64,000 nucleotides of DNA from Planctomycetota bacterium. GTDB taxonomy: Bacteria; Planctomycetota; B15-G4; JADJEK01. Below are positions 9,276-19,987 of this stretch, piece after piece. Within the stretch, counting starts at the first letter, position 1; every line of letters starts with the position of its first letter. Below the pieces are notes generated by a model. That model ran no database searches. It was not told the origin of the DNA and was given only the letters and a program-made list of their open reading frames with translations. The stretch lies in NCBI GenBank assembly GCA_044225365.1, contig JBGAIQ010000020.1:1-64000 (forward strand), given 5' to 3'. Made by a program: the position numbers and the translations under genes.

Positions 9276-10457
9276 TCAGCGCGGAAGCGCGGAGTCGAGG
9301 TCTCCGATGAGGTCAGCGACGTCTTCGATTCCGACCGAGAGCCGGATCAATCCGTCGTCGATGCCGATCCTGCGGCGCTCGTTCTCGGGAATCGATGCGT
9401 GGGTCATCGACGGCGGATGCTCGATGAGCGACTCGACACCGCCGAGGCTCTCGGCGAGCGTGAAGATCTTCGTGCGGGCGCAGGCGTCCATCGCTTCCTT
9501 CACGGTCGCGTCGAGCGTGAACGACACCATGCCGCCGAACGCCCGCATCTGGCGTTTCGCAACGGCGTGGTTCTTGTGGGTGGGAAGTCCGGGGAAGTAG
9601 AGCTGCTTCACGCGCGGATGGCGGGAGAGCCAGTCGACGACCTGCAGTGCGTTCTCGCAGTGGCGCTGCATGCGGAGGTGCAGGGTCTTGATGCCGCGAA
9701 GCTGCAAGAAGCAATCGAACGGTCCGGGCACGGCGCCGACCGCGAGCTGCAGGAAACGAATTCGCTCGCCGAGCGCCGCGTCGCGGCAGATCACCGCGCC
9801 GCCGATGATGTCGGAATGCCCGCCGATGTACTTGGTCGTCGAATGCACGACGAGATCGAAGCCGTGCGCGATCGGATTTTGCAGGCACGGCGTGGCGAAG
9901 GTGTTGTCGCAAGCGAGCAGGATGCCCTGGCCACGGCGCTTCTCCGCGATCGCCGCGATGCCGGCGAGGTCGGCGATCGCGAGCAGCGGATTCGTCGGGG
10001 TCTCCACCCATAGGAGGCGCGTCTCCGGTCGGATCGCGTCCTCGAAGTTCTTCGGATCCGCGGGGTCGACGTAGGTGAAATCGAACCCGTAGTTGCGGAA
10101 CACGCGCTCGAAGAGTCGCCGCGATCCGCCGTAGAGATCGTTGCCGGCGACGACGTGCGCGCCCTTCTCGAGCAGATGCAGGACCGCCGTGATCGCCGAG
10201 AGGCCGCTCGCGAACGACAGCGCGCAGGCTCCGCCCTCGAGCGCCGCGAGAGCGTTCTCGAGGGCCGTGCGAGTCGGGTTCTTCGCGCGCGAGTAGTCGT
10301 AGCCGTCCTTCGGTTGCGCGGGATACTCCTGCGCATAGGTCGACGTCTGATAGATGGGCGTCATGACGGCGCCGGTCGTGGGATCCGGCACGCAACCCGC
10401 ATGCACGGCCTTCGTCCCGAATCCAAGATCGTTCTGCGAACCCGTGGTGGTACTCAG
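9276..10457 (-). CDS. Cystathionine gamma-lyase/gamma-synthase (PLP)
   Basis: YSR-x-x-NPT, ETPTNP, DNTFATP, HSTTKYIGGHSD, AESLGGVESL, IRLSVGIE; start placed at CTG 10457 (see findings). Confidence 0.93.
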   Translation of the reverse strand: MSTTTGSQNDLGFGTKAVHAGCVPDPTTGAVMTPIYQTSTYAQEYPAQPKDGYDYSRAKNPTRTALENALAALEGGACALSFASGLSAITAVLHLLEKGAHVVAGNDLYGGSRRLFERVFRNYGFDFTYVDPADPKNFEDAIRPETRLLWVETPTNPLLAIADLAGIAAIAEKRRGQGILLACDNTFATPCLQNPIAHGFDLVVHSTTKYIGGHSDIIGGAVICRDAALGERIRFLQLAVGAVPGPFDCFLQLRGIKTLHLRMQRHCENALQVVDWLSRHPRVKQLYFPGLPTHKNHAVAKRQMRAFGGMVSFTLDATVKEAMDACARTKIFTLAESLGGVESLIEHPPSMTHASIPENERRRIGIDDGLIRLSVGIEDVADLIGDLDSALPR

Positions 10458-10497
10458 GGGACTCCTCCAGATTTCCTTCGCCGCTCGCGGGCTTGCT

Positions 10498-11859
10498 TCA
10501 TCCGCGCGCGTGCAGCAGATCGAACTTGGTGATGATCGAGTAGGACCAACCGCTCATCTTGACGAGCACCGCGGGCACTCCTCGCGTGAGCAAACCCGAG
10601 ATCTGCGACACGTCGGTATACAGATCGACCTCGGGCAACGGCGGTCCCATGATCTCGCGGACCTTGATCGTGTCGACGTCGGCCTTCTGGATCAGCAGGT
10701 CGATGATCCGGTTCTCCTCGACGACGCCGACGTTCTTCGACTCGTCGATCACGGGGACCTGCGAGATCTCCATCCGTCGCATCAGCTTGATGGCATCGAC
10801 GACCGGCGTGTCGGGTGCGCACGAGACGAACCGATCGGGACTCTCGCGCTTCGCCATGAGAATCTCGAACGCCGTTTTCTGGATCGACTCCTCGAGGAAC
10901 TGGTTCTCCTCCATCCAGGCGTCGTTGTAGCACTTCGACAGGTATCGCTCGCCCGTGTCGCAGATGATCACGACGACGACTTGGCCCTTCTTCAGGGTGC
11001 GCGCGACCTGGAGGGCCGCGTACAATGCCGCGCCCGAACTGCCGCCGGCGAGGATGCCTTCCTCGCGCGCGAGCCTTCGCGCGGTCTGGAAGGCGAGCTT
11101 GTCCGAGACCGTGATGACGTCGTCGATCACCTTGAGGTCGACCGTGGCCGGGATGATGTCCTCACCGATGCCCTCGATCTTGTAGCTCTTGAACGGGCCA
11201 GGCTTGCCCGTCTTGACGACCGAGCAGTAGATCGAGCCCTCGGGATCCGCGGCGACGCATCGGAGCTTCGGGTTCTTCTCCTTCAGGAATCGCCCGGCGC
11301 CGGACATCGTTCCGCCCGTGCCCATTCCGCCGACGAGGACGTCGACCTTGCCTTCGGTGTCGCGCCAGATCTCGGGCCCCGTCGTGTCGTAGTGCGCCTG
11401 CGGGTTCTGCGGATTCGCGAACTGGTTCGGATAGAACGCGCCCGGGATCTCCTTCGCGAGACGCTTCGCCACGGAGTAGTACGAGCGGGGATCGTCGGAA
11501 TCGACCGCGGTCGGCGTGACGATGACCTTCGCGCCGAAGGCCTTCAGCAGGTTGATCTTCTCCTGACTCATCTTGTCGGGCATCGTGAAGATCATCTTGT
11601 AGCCGAGGCGCGAGGCCGCGAGCGCGAGGCCGAGTCCGGTGTTGCCGGAGGTCGCCTCGATCACGGTGCCGCCGGGCTTCAGCCAGCCGCGCTGCTCCGC
11701 GTCGCGGATCATGCGGAAGCCGATGCGGTCCTTCACGCTGCCGCCTGGGTTCTTCGACTCGAGCTTGGCGAGCACGGTCGCCTCGATCCCGCGCGTCACG
11801 GCCGTGAGGCGAACGAGAGGCGTGTTTCCGATGAGGTCGATGATCGAGTCGTAGATCAT
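10498..11859 (-). CDS. cbs: Cystathionine beta-synthase with C-terminal CBS domains
   Basis: KLE-x-x-NPGGSVKDR, EATSGNTG, GMGTGGT, EGIGED; C-terminal ISQVPV...ITKFDLL pair; ATG at 11859. Confidence 0.93.
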   Translation of the reverse strand: MIYDSIIDLIGNTPLVRLTAVTRGIEATVLAKLESKNPGGSVKDRIGFRMIRDAEQRGWLKPGGTVIEATSGNTGLGLALAASRLGYKMIFTMPDKMSQEKINLLKAFGAKVIVTPTAVDSDDPRSYYSVAKRLAKEIPGAFYPNQFANPQNPQAHYDTTGPEIWRDTEGKVDVLVGGMGTGGTMSGAGRFLKEKNPKLRCVAADPEGSIYCSVVKTGKPGPFKSYKIEGIGEDIIPATVDLKVIDDVITVSDKLAFQTARRLAREEGILAGGSSGAALYAALQVARTLKKGQVVVVIICDTGERYLSKCYNDAWMEENQFLEESIQKTAFEILMAKRESPDRFVSCAPDTPVVDAIKLMRRMEISQVPVIDESKNVGVVEENRIIDLLIQKADVDTIKVREIMGPPLPEVDLYTDVSQISGLLTRGVPAVLVKMSGWSYSIITKFDLLHARG

Positions 11860-12189
11860 GGCGTGCTCCGTGATGGCTCCCGATCGATCGCCGACGGCTC
11901 GTCCAGCCGTTCGATCGCGAGATCGGCGGGAGTCTACGAGACCGCACGCGATTCTGCGAGTTCTTCGCGGACGTCCGGGGGATACGGACCCGTCGCGCTC
12001 GAATCTCCCGCTCGCGCACTTCGCGGCTCTCTCGATCCCGCACGGTGAATTGCCCACTTCGCGCAAACGCTCCCGGAAATCCGGCGATCGAACCGGGCAT
12101 GCCGATTGCGCGATCCCCGTCCGCGAGCGACGGGCGAGTCCGAGCGACGAAGCGAACGGAGTTCGACGATGCGATTCGATCCTGGTTCG

Positions 12190-13800
12190 ATGGGACGGTG
12201 CGGCAGGGTGGTCGGCTGCGCGAGCGTGGCGATCGGTGCGGCTCTCGTCGCGCCACTCCCGGCGCAGCAGTCGATCGGAGTCATCGCTGGGGGTGGTGGG
12301 CCGAACAGCCAGTTCGGCGTCCTCGACTCGGTCGGGGATCTCGATGGCGACGGCCACCCCGACGTGCTCTACGGCGTGCCGGACAACGCGGGTGCCGTGT
12401 ACGTCGCACGCGCGACGGGTGAACCGATCCTCGCGATCTCGAGCACAGTGGCCCTCACGTTCCTCGGGCGCTACGTGTCCGGCATCGGCGATCTCGATCT
12501 CGATGGCGTACCCGATCTGCTCGCGCGCGCCGGCGACAGCGTGGGGGAGATCCGCGCGTATTCGGGTCGGACCGGGCAATTGCTGTTCACCGCCATCGGG
12601 CCTCCCATCTCCAGCGACTTCGGACGCGACGTCGACGAACTCGGTGACGTCGATGGAGACGGCATTCCGGATTTCGCGGCCGGGTCGAGGAAGTCGGCCT
12701 ACATCGTCTCCGGCGCGGGCGGCGCGATCCTGAGTGCGTTCGACGGGATCGCGTTCGACGGCGTGACGGTCGGCGGGCTCGGCGATGTCACGGGCGATGG
12801 CGTCGGGGACCTTGCGATCGGCGCGCCAACGGCATCGGCGAGCGTACTCCAGGGCGCTCCCGGGATCGTCTACGTCCGCTCGGGTGCGAGCGGCGCCGTG
12901 GTCTTTCAGCGCGAAGGCGATTCGCCGTTCGCGCGCTACGGTTTCTCGGTGCGACGGGCCGGCGATGTCGATTCCGACCTGCGGGCGGACGTGCTCGTCT
13001 CGTCGTTCGCGAGCGAGCCAAGCGGCTCGTTCGGGCGAGTCGAAGCGATCTCGCCCGCGATCGGGAGCGTCCTCCGCACGTTCCTCGGAACGGCTCCGGG
13101 CGACGTCGGCGCGAGCGGCGACGGTTTCGGCGGGGCGGTCTCCACCGTGGGCGACATCGACGGTGACGGCGTGCCCGATCTCGTCATCGGCGCGCCGTCG
13201 CTGCAGTGGCTCGGACCGGGCGCGGGCGGGGCGTTCCTCGAATCTGCGGGCGCCGGTCAGGCGCTCGGCTTCCCGCTCGTTCCCGGCGGCTACGGCGACT
13301 TCTGGGGCAATCACGTCGCGGGAGTCGGTGACGTCGACGGCGACGCGATCCCGGACTTCGCGCTCTCGAGCTCGTCGCACGCCGAACCCGGGCCGCTGTT
13401 CGGCAGCATCCGAACCTACTCGGGCAAGGGTGACACCGTCGCGAGCTACGGAAATGGCTGCCCGGGCTCCTTGGGTGCAGTTCCCGCTCTCGCGGCGAGC
13501 ATCCAGGGTGGAAACGCGTTGACCCTCGATGTCACGCAGGGACTTCCAGGAGCGCTCGGGTTCGTCTTCGTCGGGCCGCAGGTCGGGCACGCGGCGGTCG
13601 GCTACGGTTGCACGCTCTGGATGCAATCGCCGCTCTCGTCTCCGCTCGTCATCGTCCTCGGCGGCGGTGGATCGTTCCATCTCGCTTCGCACCTGCCGCA
13701 GGGATGGATCGGCTACGCGATGCTCCAGGCGTTCCTCGGCGACGGCGGCGCGCCTGGCGGCTTCACCGCCACGGCCGCGGTCCAGGTCGCGCATCACTAG
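12190..13800 (+). CDS. Secreted FG-GAP/integrin-alpha-like beta-propeller protein
   Basis: Signal peptide; seven GD-x-D-G-D-G-x-P-D-like repeats; start may be 12169 or 12190. Confidence 0.85.
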   Translation: MGRCGRVVGCASVAIGAALVAPLPAQQSIGVIAGGGGPNSQFGVLDSVGDLDGDGHPDVLYGVPDNAGAVYVARATGEPILAISSTVALTFLGRYVSGIGDLDLDGVPDLLARAGDSVGEIRAYSGRTGQLLFTAIGPPISSDFGRDVDELGDVDGDGIPDFAAGSRKSAYIVSGAGGAILSAFDGIAFDGVTVGGLGDVTGDGVGDLAIGAPTASASVLQGAPGIVYVRSGASGAVVFQREGDSPFARYGFSVRRAGDVDSDLRADVLVSSFASEPSGSFGRVEAISPAIGSVLRTFLGTAPGDVGASGDGFGGAVSTVGDIDGDGVPDLVIGAPSLQWLGPGAGGAFLESAGAGQALGFPLVPGGYGDFWGNHVAGVGDVDGDAIPDFALSSSSHAEPGPLFGSIRTYSGKGDTVASYGNGCPGSLGAVPALAASIQGGNALTLDVTQGLPGALGFVFVGPQVGHAAVGYGCTLWMQSPLSSPLVIVLGGGGSFHLASHLPQGWIGYAMLQAFLGDGGAPGGFTATAAVQVAHH

Positions 13801-13851
13801 TCGAAGCGGGGAAGGTCGACGCGCGCGGGCGACCCGATAGCATAGGACACG

Positions 13852-15951
13852 ATGATCGACAGCGATGCCGTCCGAGTCCTCGAACTGAAGCGCTTCCATG
13901 AATGGGTCGGCCAGCACGCTCGTTCGCCGCTCGGGCGACGCGCGATGCTCGACGCGCTCCCCGCCACACACCTCGATGCCGCGAAGTCGTTGCTGAGCGA
14001 GACTCGCGAGGCGGTCGCTTTGCTCGAGCAGGATCGGGTCCCGTCGCTCGACATCAAGGACGACGTCCTGCCATTGCTCCTCGCCGCGCGCGAGCAGGGC
14101 ATTCCGCTCCTCGCGCGCGAACTCGCGGCGCTCTACCGCTTCGTGCGCCGGGCGCGGCGTGCCCGTGAGTTCTTGCTCGACCTCGCGCCGGGAACGGCGC
14201 TGCGCGCGATCGGCCAGGCGATGCCGGATCTGCATGCCCTCGTGCGCGAACTCGAGGATGCGATCGACGAAGCGGGTGGACTCCTCGACACCGCGACGGC
14301 GAAGTTGCGTGCGTTGCGACTCGAGATCAGCGAGCGGCGCGAGCACGTTCGACGCGCGCTCGAACGCTACGCGCGACGCCCCGACGTGCGCGGACTCGTT
14401 CGCTCGATGCATCCAGCATTGCGCGACGGACGACTGGTGCTCGCGGTCCGTTCCGGCGCGCGGGGGCAGGTCCGCGGCCTCTATCACGATCGTTCGGCGA
14501 CGGGCCAGACGGCCTACGTCGAACCGGAGATCGTCGTCGACGAGCAGAATCGACTGCGCGATCTCGAGATCGACGAGGAGCGCGAGGTCCATCGCATCCT
14601 GATCCGACTGACGCATCTCGCGCTCGAGCGCGAGGACTCGATCGCGTCGAATTCGGGGCTGGTCTCGCGGGTCGATTGCGCGTTCGCTCGGGCGCGGGTC
14701 GCGCGCGAACTGCGTCTCGTCGAGCCCGATCTGCAAGATGCGGGCCCGCTCGTGCTCATCGACGCACGCCATCCGCTGTTGCTCACGCGCGAGTTCGATC
14801 GGGCGCGGATCGAAGGAGCGGTCGACGCGGAGCGAGCCCTCCAGCGGGCGAGCGAAGCGATCGTCCCGTTCTCGCTCTCCCTCGGCGAGACGTTCGACAT
14901 GCTCGTGCTCACCGGCCCCAACACGGGCGGCAAGACCGCGACGTTGAAGGCGCTCGGACTGATCGCGCTCATGGCGCGCTGCGGTCACTTCGTGCCGGCG
15001 GCGGCTCGGCCGCGGGTGCCGTTCTATCCCTCGATCCATGCCGACGTCGGCGACGAACAGGATCTCGCCGCGAGTCTCTCGACGTTCTCCGCGCACGTGA
15101 AGAAGGTCGCGCGAATCCTCGGCACCGCGCCCCGCGACAGTCTCGTCCTGCTCGATGAACTGGGCTCGGGGACCGATCCGCTGGAAGGGGAGTCGCTCGC
15201 CACGGCCTTGCTCGAGGCGATGCTCGATCGCGGTTTCATCGCCGTCGTGACGACGCATCTCGGACGGCTAAAGGAGTTCGCGGGTCGTCAGCCGCGCGCC
15301 GCCAACGCGAGCGTGCAGTTCGACCCCGATACATTGCGCCCGACCCATCGCCTCCTGCTCGGGGTCCCGGGGGCGTCGAACGCGTTGCGCATTGCCAGCA
15401 ACCTCGGTCTCGAACGATCGATCGTCGAACGCGCCGAGCAACTGCTCGACGGTCGCGGCGACCGTACCGCCGCACTCTTCCTCGAGCTCGATCGCTCGCG
15501 AGCGGAACTCGAGAAGTTGCGGGTCGAAGCCGCGCGTGAGCATCGCGACGCGACACAACGACTCGCTGCCGTGAAGGCGCGCGAGAACGAGATCGAACGA
15601 GCCGACGCGGCATTGTTGCTGCACGCCGAAGAAGCGGCCGAGTCGCGGCTGCGCGCGTTCGCGGCGGAGATCGAGGAGCCGCGGCGTCAATTGCTCGCGG
15701 TCGGCGGGAAGGCGGCGCTGGTCGCCGGCAGGATCGTCGAGTCGCTGCGGCGCATGATGGCCTCGTCCCCGCTCGCCGAGCATCGGAAGCGATTCCTGCG
15801 CTCGCTGCGCCCCGGTGACCTCGTGAAGCTCGTCAAGATGAACGAGAACGGAGTGGTGAAGAAGGTCTGGCTCAAGGATGACCGAGTCGAGGTGATCGTT
15901 CGCCACCTGTCGATCACGGTGAAGGCCGACGAGATCGCGCCCGCGAAGTGA
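13852..15951 (+). CDS. mutS2: MutS2-family ATPase lacking the C-terminal Smr domain
   Basis: ARHPLL, TGPNTGGKT, GDEQD-x-x-x-SLSTFS, LLDELGSGTDP-x-EG, TTH; coiled coil; terminal KOW-like segment. Confidence 0.9.
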   Translation: MIDSDAVRVLELKRFHEWVGQHARSPLGRRAMLDALPATHLDAAKSLLSETREAVALLEQDRVPSLDIKDDVLPLLLAAREQGIPLLARELAALYRFVRRARRAREFLLDLAPGTALRAIGQAMPDLHALVRELEDAIDEAGGLLDTATAKLRALRLEISERREHVRRALERYARRPDVRGLVRSMHPALRDGRLVLAVRSGARGQVRGLYHDRSATGQTAYVEPEIVVDEQNRLRDLEIDEEREVHRILIRLTHLALEREDSIASNSGLVSRVDCAFARARVARELRLVEPDLQDAGPLVLIDARHPLLLTREFDRARIEGAVDAERALQRASEAIVPFSLSLGETFDMLVLTGPNTGGKTATLKALGLIALMARCGHFVPAAARPRVPFYPSIHADVGDEQDLAASLSTFSAHVKKVARILGTAPRDSLVLLDELGSGTDPLEGESLATALLEAMLDRGFIAVVTTHLGRLKEFAGRQPRAANASVQFDPDTLRPTHRLLLGVPGASNALRIASNLGLERSIVERAEQLLDGRGDRTAALFLELDRSRAELEKLRVEAAREHRDATQRLAAVKARENEIERADAALLLHAEEAAESRLRAFAAEIEEPRRQLLAVGGKAALVAGRIVESLRRMMASSPLAEHRKRFLRSLRPGDLVKLVKMNENGVVKKVWLKDDRVEVIVRHLSITVKADEIAPAK

Positions 15952-16025
15952 GTGATTCGCCGTCTCGTTCTGCGTCTTGGACTCGGGGGCCATCCGACAA
16001 ATCTCCCCGCGCTCGGACGCGGCGC

Positions 16026-16053
16026 TTGAGATTCGTCCGCGCTCGACGATAAT
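16026..16053 (+). promoter_or_regulatory. Putative sigma70 promoter
   Basis: TTGAGA-N16-GATAAT upstream of the receiver gene. Confidence 0.35.
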
Positions 16054-16157
16054 GCCCACCGTCCAGTCCGTCGCGTCCGATTGGCGTCGAGCGCCGACGG
16101 CGATGGATTCTCACGGCACCGCCAACAACTCGTTCGGATTCGGAGCACGACCACACC

Positions 16158-16748
16158 GTGAAGCCGACCTCACCGCGATCGGGCCGTATCCTCGTGATCG
16201 ATGACGAGCGCTTCATCGCCGAGTTGATGCGGGACGTGCTCACTCGCCATGGACATGCGGTCGAGATGTTCAGCAATGGTCCGGCCGCCCTCGAAGCCGT
16301 GCGCCGATCGCGCTTCGATCTCATCATCAGCGATTTCGCGATGCCCGGACTCAACGGGCTCGACTTCGTTCGTGAAGTGCGTTCGAGCCTTCCCGCGACC
16401 CGGGTCGTCATCGTGAGTGCGTTCCTCGACGGCGAGACGCTCGAATCCCTCGAGGCCGAGCCCAACTTCGCGGGGTTCCTGCGCAAGCCGTTCGACATCT
16501 TCGATCTCACCAAACTCGCCGATCGATGGGTGGGTGGGGCGAGCGCGACGCCGACCATCAATGGAACGACCTCGCCGTCGGCATCGACCCTTCTCAACGG
16601 GAGTATCGCTGCGCCGTCGGGGACCGGGGGCGCGGTCCGCGTTCGGGTCACCCCGCAAGGGAGCGGTACGAAAGATCCCGCGAAGGATCCGCCGGGTCTT
16701 CGCATCCATCCGCTACCGCCCACGGCCACGGAAGGCTTCGCGCGGTGA
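16158..16748 (+). CDS. Single-domain response regulator (receiver) with low-complexity tail
   Basis: ILVIDDE, ISDFAMPGLNG, VSA, LRKPF. Confidence 0.88.
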   Translation: MKPTSPRSGRILVIDDERFIAELMRDVLTRHGHAVEMFSNGPAALEAVRRSRFDLIISDFAMPGLNGLDFVREVRSSLPATRVVIVSAFLDGETLESLEAEPNFAGFLRKPFDIFDLTKLADRWVGGASATPTINGTTSPSASTLLNGSIAAPSGTGGAVRVRVTPQGSGTKDPAKDPPGLRIHPLPPTATEGFAR

Positions 16749-17905
16749 CCCGATTCGCGGTTCACACCGCTGGTGAATCGCACGGCAGCGGACTCCTCGC
16801 GCTCGTCGAAGGCGTGCCGTTCGGACTCGAGCTCGACGTCGAATCGATCGATCGGGAACTGTCCCGGCGCCAGCTCGGCTACGGTCGCTCGTCGCGCATG
16901 CGGCTCGAGCACGATCGCGTCGAAGTCCTGGCGGGCGTCTATCACGGACGCACGAGCGGCGCACCGCTCGTCCTGCGGATCCCCAATGTCGACCGCTCGC
17001 TCGATGCGCTGCCCCCGCTGCATCGCCCGCGCCCTGGCCACGGAGACCTAGCAGGCGCCCTGCGCTTTTCGACCACCGACGCGCGACCCGTGCTCGAGCG
17101 GGCGTCCGCGCGGGAGACCGCAGCACGCGTCGCCGGTGGTGCCGTGGCCATTCAGGTCCTCGAGGCCGTGGGAGTCGTCGTCGACGGCTACGTCGTTGCG
17201 ATCGGGGATTCGCCTCGCGCGCAGGTGCCAGCGGATCGCGGTGCGCTGCTCGCGGCGCGCGATGCATCGGATGTCGGGTGCCCCGACCCGGCGACCTCGA
17301 TCGCTCTGCGCGAGAGGATCGCCGCCGCGGGTGCGGCCGGCGACACGCTCGGCGGAATCGTCGAAGTCGTCGCCCGCGGAATGCCCGCCGGGCTCGGTTC
17401 GCTCGAGCAGTGGTGGACCCGTCTCGACGCCCGGATCGGCGCCGCGATGCTGTCGATCCCGTCGGCGAAGGGATGCGAGATCGGCGACGGATTCGACGGT
17501 GCGCGCTCTCGAGGCTCTCGAGTGCACGATCCCATCGAGCGAGCCGCGACCGGGTTCGTTCGCCCGAGCAATCGAGCGGGCGGGATCGAGGGCGGCATGA
17601 GCAATGGGGAGCCGATCGTGGTTCGGGTCGCCCTGAAGCCGTTGTCCACCCTCAAGCGCCCGTTGCCGAGCGTCGATCTGCGCGGTGGGTCGGTCGCCGA
17701 GCCGGACCCCCAACGATCCGATGTGTGTGCCGTGCCGGCCGGGGCGGTCGTCGCGCAAGCGATGCTGGCGATCGTGCTGGCGGACGCGGTTCGGGAGCGC
17801 TTCTCGGGCCCGACCCTCGAGGACTTGAAGGGGGCGGTTGCGAGAGAACTCGCGACGCGCCGCGAACGGTTCTTCCCGGGAACGGCGGCCGGCGCGACTT
17901 CGTAG
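16745..17905 (+). CDS. aroC: Chorismate synthase
   Basis: TAGESHG, RPGHGD, ERASARET, NRAGGIEGG, KPLSTL, RSDVC; GTG overlaps the upstream TGA. Confidence 0.95.
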   Translation: MTRFAVHTAGESHGSGLLALVEGVPFGLELDVESIDRELSRRQLGYGRSSRMRLEHDRVEVLAGVYHGRTSGAPLVLRIPNVDRSLDALPPLHRPRPGHGDLAGALRFSTTDARPVLERASARETAARVAGGAVAIQVLEAVGVVVDGYVVAIGDSPRAQVPADRGALLAARDASDVGCPDPATSIALRERIAAAGAAGDTLGGIVEVVARGMPAGLGSLEQWWTRLDARIGAAMLSIPSAKGCEIGDGFDGARSRGSRVHDPIERAATGFVRPSNRAGGIEGGMSNGEPIVVRVALKPLSTLKRPLPSVDLRGGSVAEPDPQRSDVCAVPAGAVVAQAMLAIVLADAVRERFSGPTLEDLKGAVARELATRRERFFPGTAAGATS

Positions 17906-17924
17906 CCGGGAGCCCGGAAACGTA

Positions 17925-17952
17925 TTGACTTCTGGCAGTCGAACCCTAATCT
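17925..17952 (+). promoter_or_regulatory. Putative sigma70 promoter of the tRNA-tuf operon
   Basis: TTGACT-N16-TAATCT about 40 nt before tRNA-Thr. Confidence 0.55.
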
Positions 17953-17993
17953 GTCCGGCTTCCGTTTGCGGGCCGAAACTGTCGGACGTAGAC

Positions 17994-18068
17994 GCCAGCG
18001 TAGCTCAACGGTAGAGCACCGGTTTTGTAAACCGGTGGTTGCGAGTTCAAATCTCGCCGCTGGCTCCA
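17994..18068 (+). tRNA. tRNA-Thr(TGT)
   Basis: GCCAGCG/CGCTGGC acceptor, anticodon TGT, TTCAAAT T-loop, encoded CCA. Confidence 0.97.
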
Positions 18069-18223
18069 ACGAGGCGGAACTAGGTTCGTGAGCGGAGGTT
18101 CCGAGGCAAATCGACTGAGGATTGCAGAGTGCGCCACCGGGTTTCGGAAGGCCGACGCGAGTCGGTCGGATGGAGCCGAGCGACGAACGGTCGTGGGTGT
18201 CGGCGAAGGCGGTTCGAACGGTC

Positions 18224-18309
18224 GGGGAGTTGCCGGAGTGGTCAAACGGGACGGACTGTAAATCCGTTGGTTTTAACCTACGGAGGTTCAAATCCTCCAC
18301 TCCCCACCA
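18224..18309 (+). tRNA. tRNA-Tyr(GTA)
   Basis: GGGGAGT/ACTCCCC acceptor, anticodon GTA, long variable arm, CCA. Confidence 0.97.
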
Positions 18310-18420
18310 TCGCCAGTGAGCCAGTCGGGTCCGTCCGGTCGGTGCGCGCGTGATGCGCGGATCGCAGCGTCCGAGGACGAACTCGACGCGGCGACGGTGG
18401 TCGGAATCGAAACGGTGCTT

Positions 18421-18494
18421 GCGGGTGTAGCTCAATGGTAGAGCGCCAGCCTTCCAAGCTGGACACGTGGGTCCGATTCCCATCACCCGCTCCA
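18421..18494 (+). tRNA. tRNA-Gly(TCC)
   Basis: GCGGGTG/CACCCGC acceptor, anticodon TCC, CCA; T-loop reads TCCGATT. Confidence 0.95.
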
Positions 18495-18662
18495 AACACT
18501 GCGCCGTCACGCGAGTGACGGCAAGGCGGCCGCCCCTGGGTCGCGCCTGTGGTCGCGGTAGACAACGTGAAACGAGCCCGCTGCGATGCGCGCGGCGGCA
18601 AGGCCGAGAGTTCGACAGCAAGCGCAGCTTCCGGCTGCGGAAGAGAATCAAGGAGTACGTCG

Positions 18663-19865
<1,203 letters not shown>

Positions 19866-19874
19866 GAGACCACG

Positions 19875-19916
19875 GAGTTCGAGGGGCGCGTCGTTTGCGA
19901 TGCGCCCCTCGAGCTC
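19875..19916. terminator. 19-bp stem hairpin after tuf (terminator, stabiliser or REP-like; no U-tract)
   Basis: GAGTTCGAGGGGCGCGTCG-TTTG-CGATGCGCCCCTCGAGCTC. Confidence 0.5.
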
Positions 19917-19987
19917 GTTCGACACGAACCTAGATTGCTTCGATCCGCTGGGCGCGGGAACGCGCACGAAACGAACAAGACGACGAC

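Noticed and set aside
11860-15258. 1586-aa ORF suggesting a giant CBS fusion
   Set aside because: Only 10498-11859 is CBS; the rest is the antisense shadow of the FG-GAP and mutS2 genes
18075-18085. GCGGAACTAGG shared with 35038-35048, both downstream of strong promoters
   Set aside because: A single 11-mer match is expected by chance among several kb of intergenic DNA
18541-18625. Possible decayed tRNA-Thr(GGT) before tuf (GGTAGA ... GAGAGTTCGA)
   Set aside because: Motif spacing is too long, and no acceptor, anticodon or T stem can be formed
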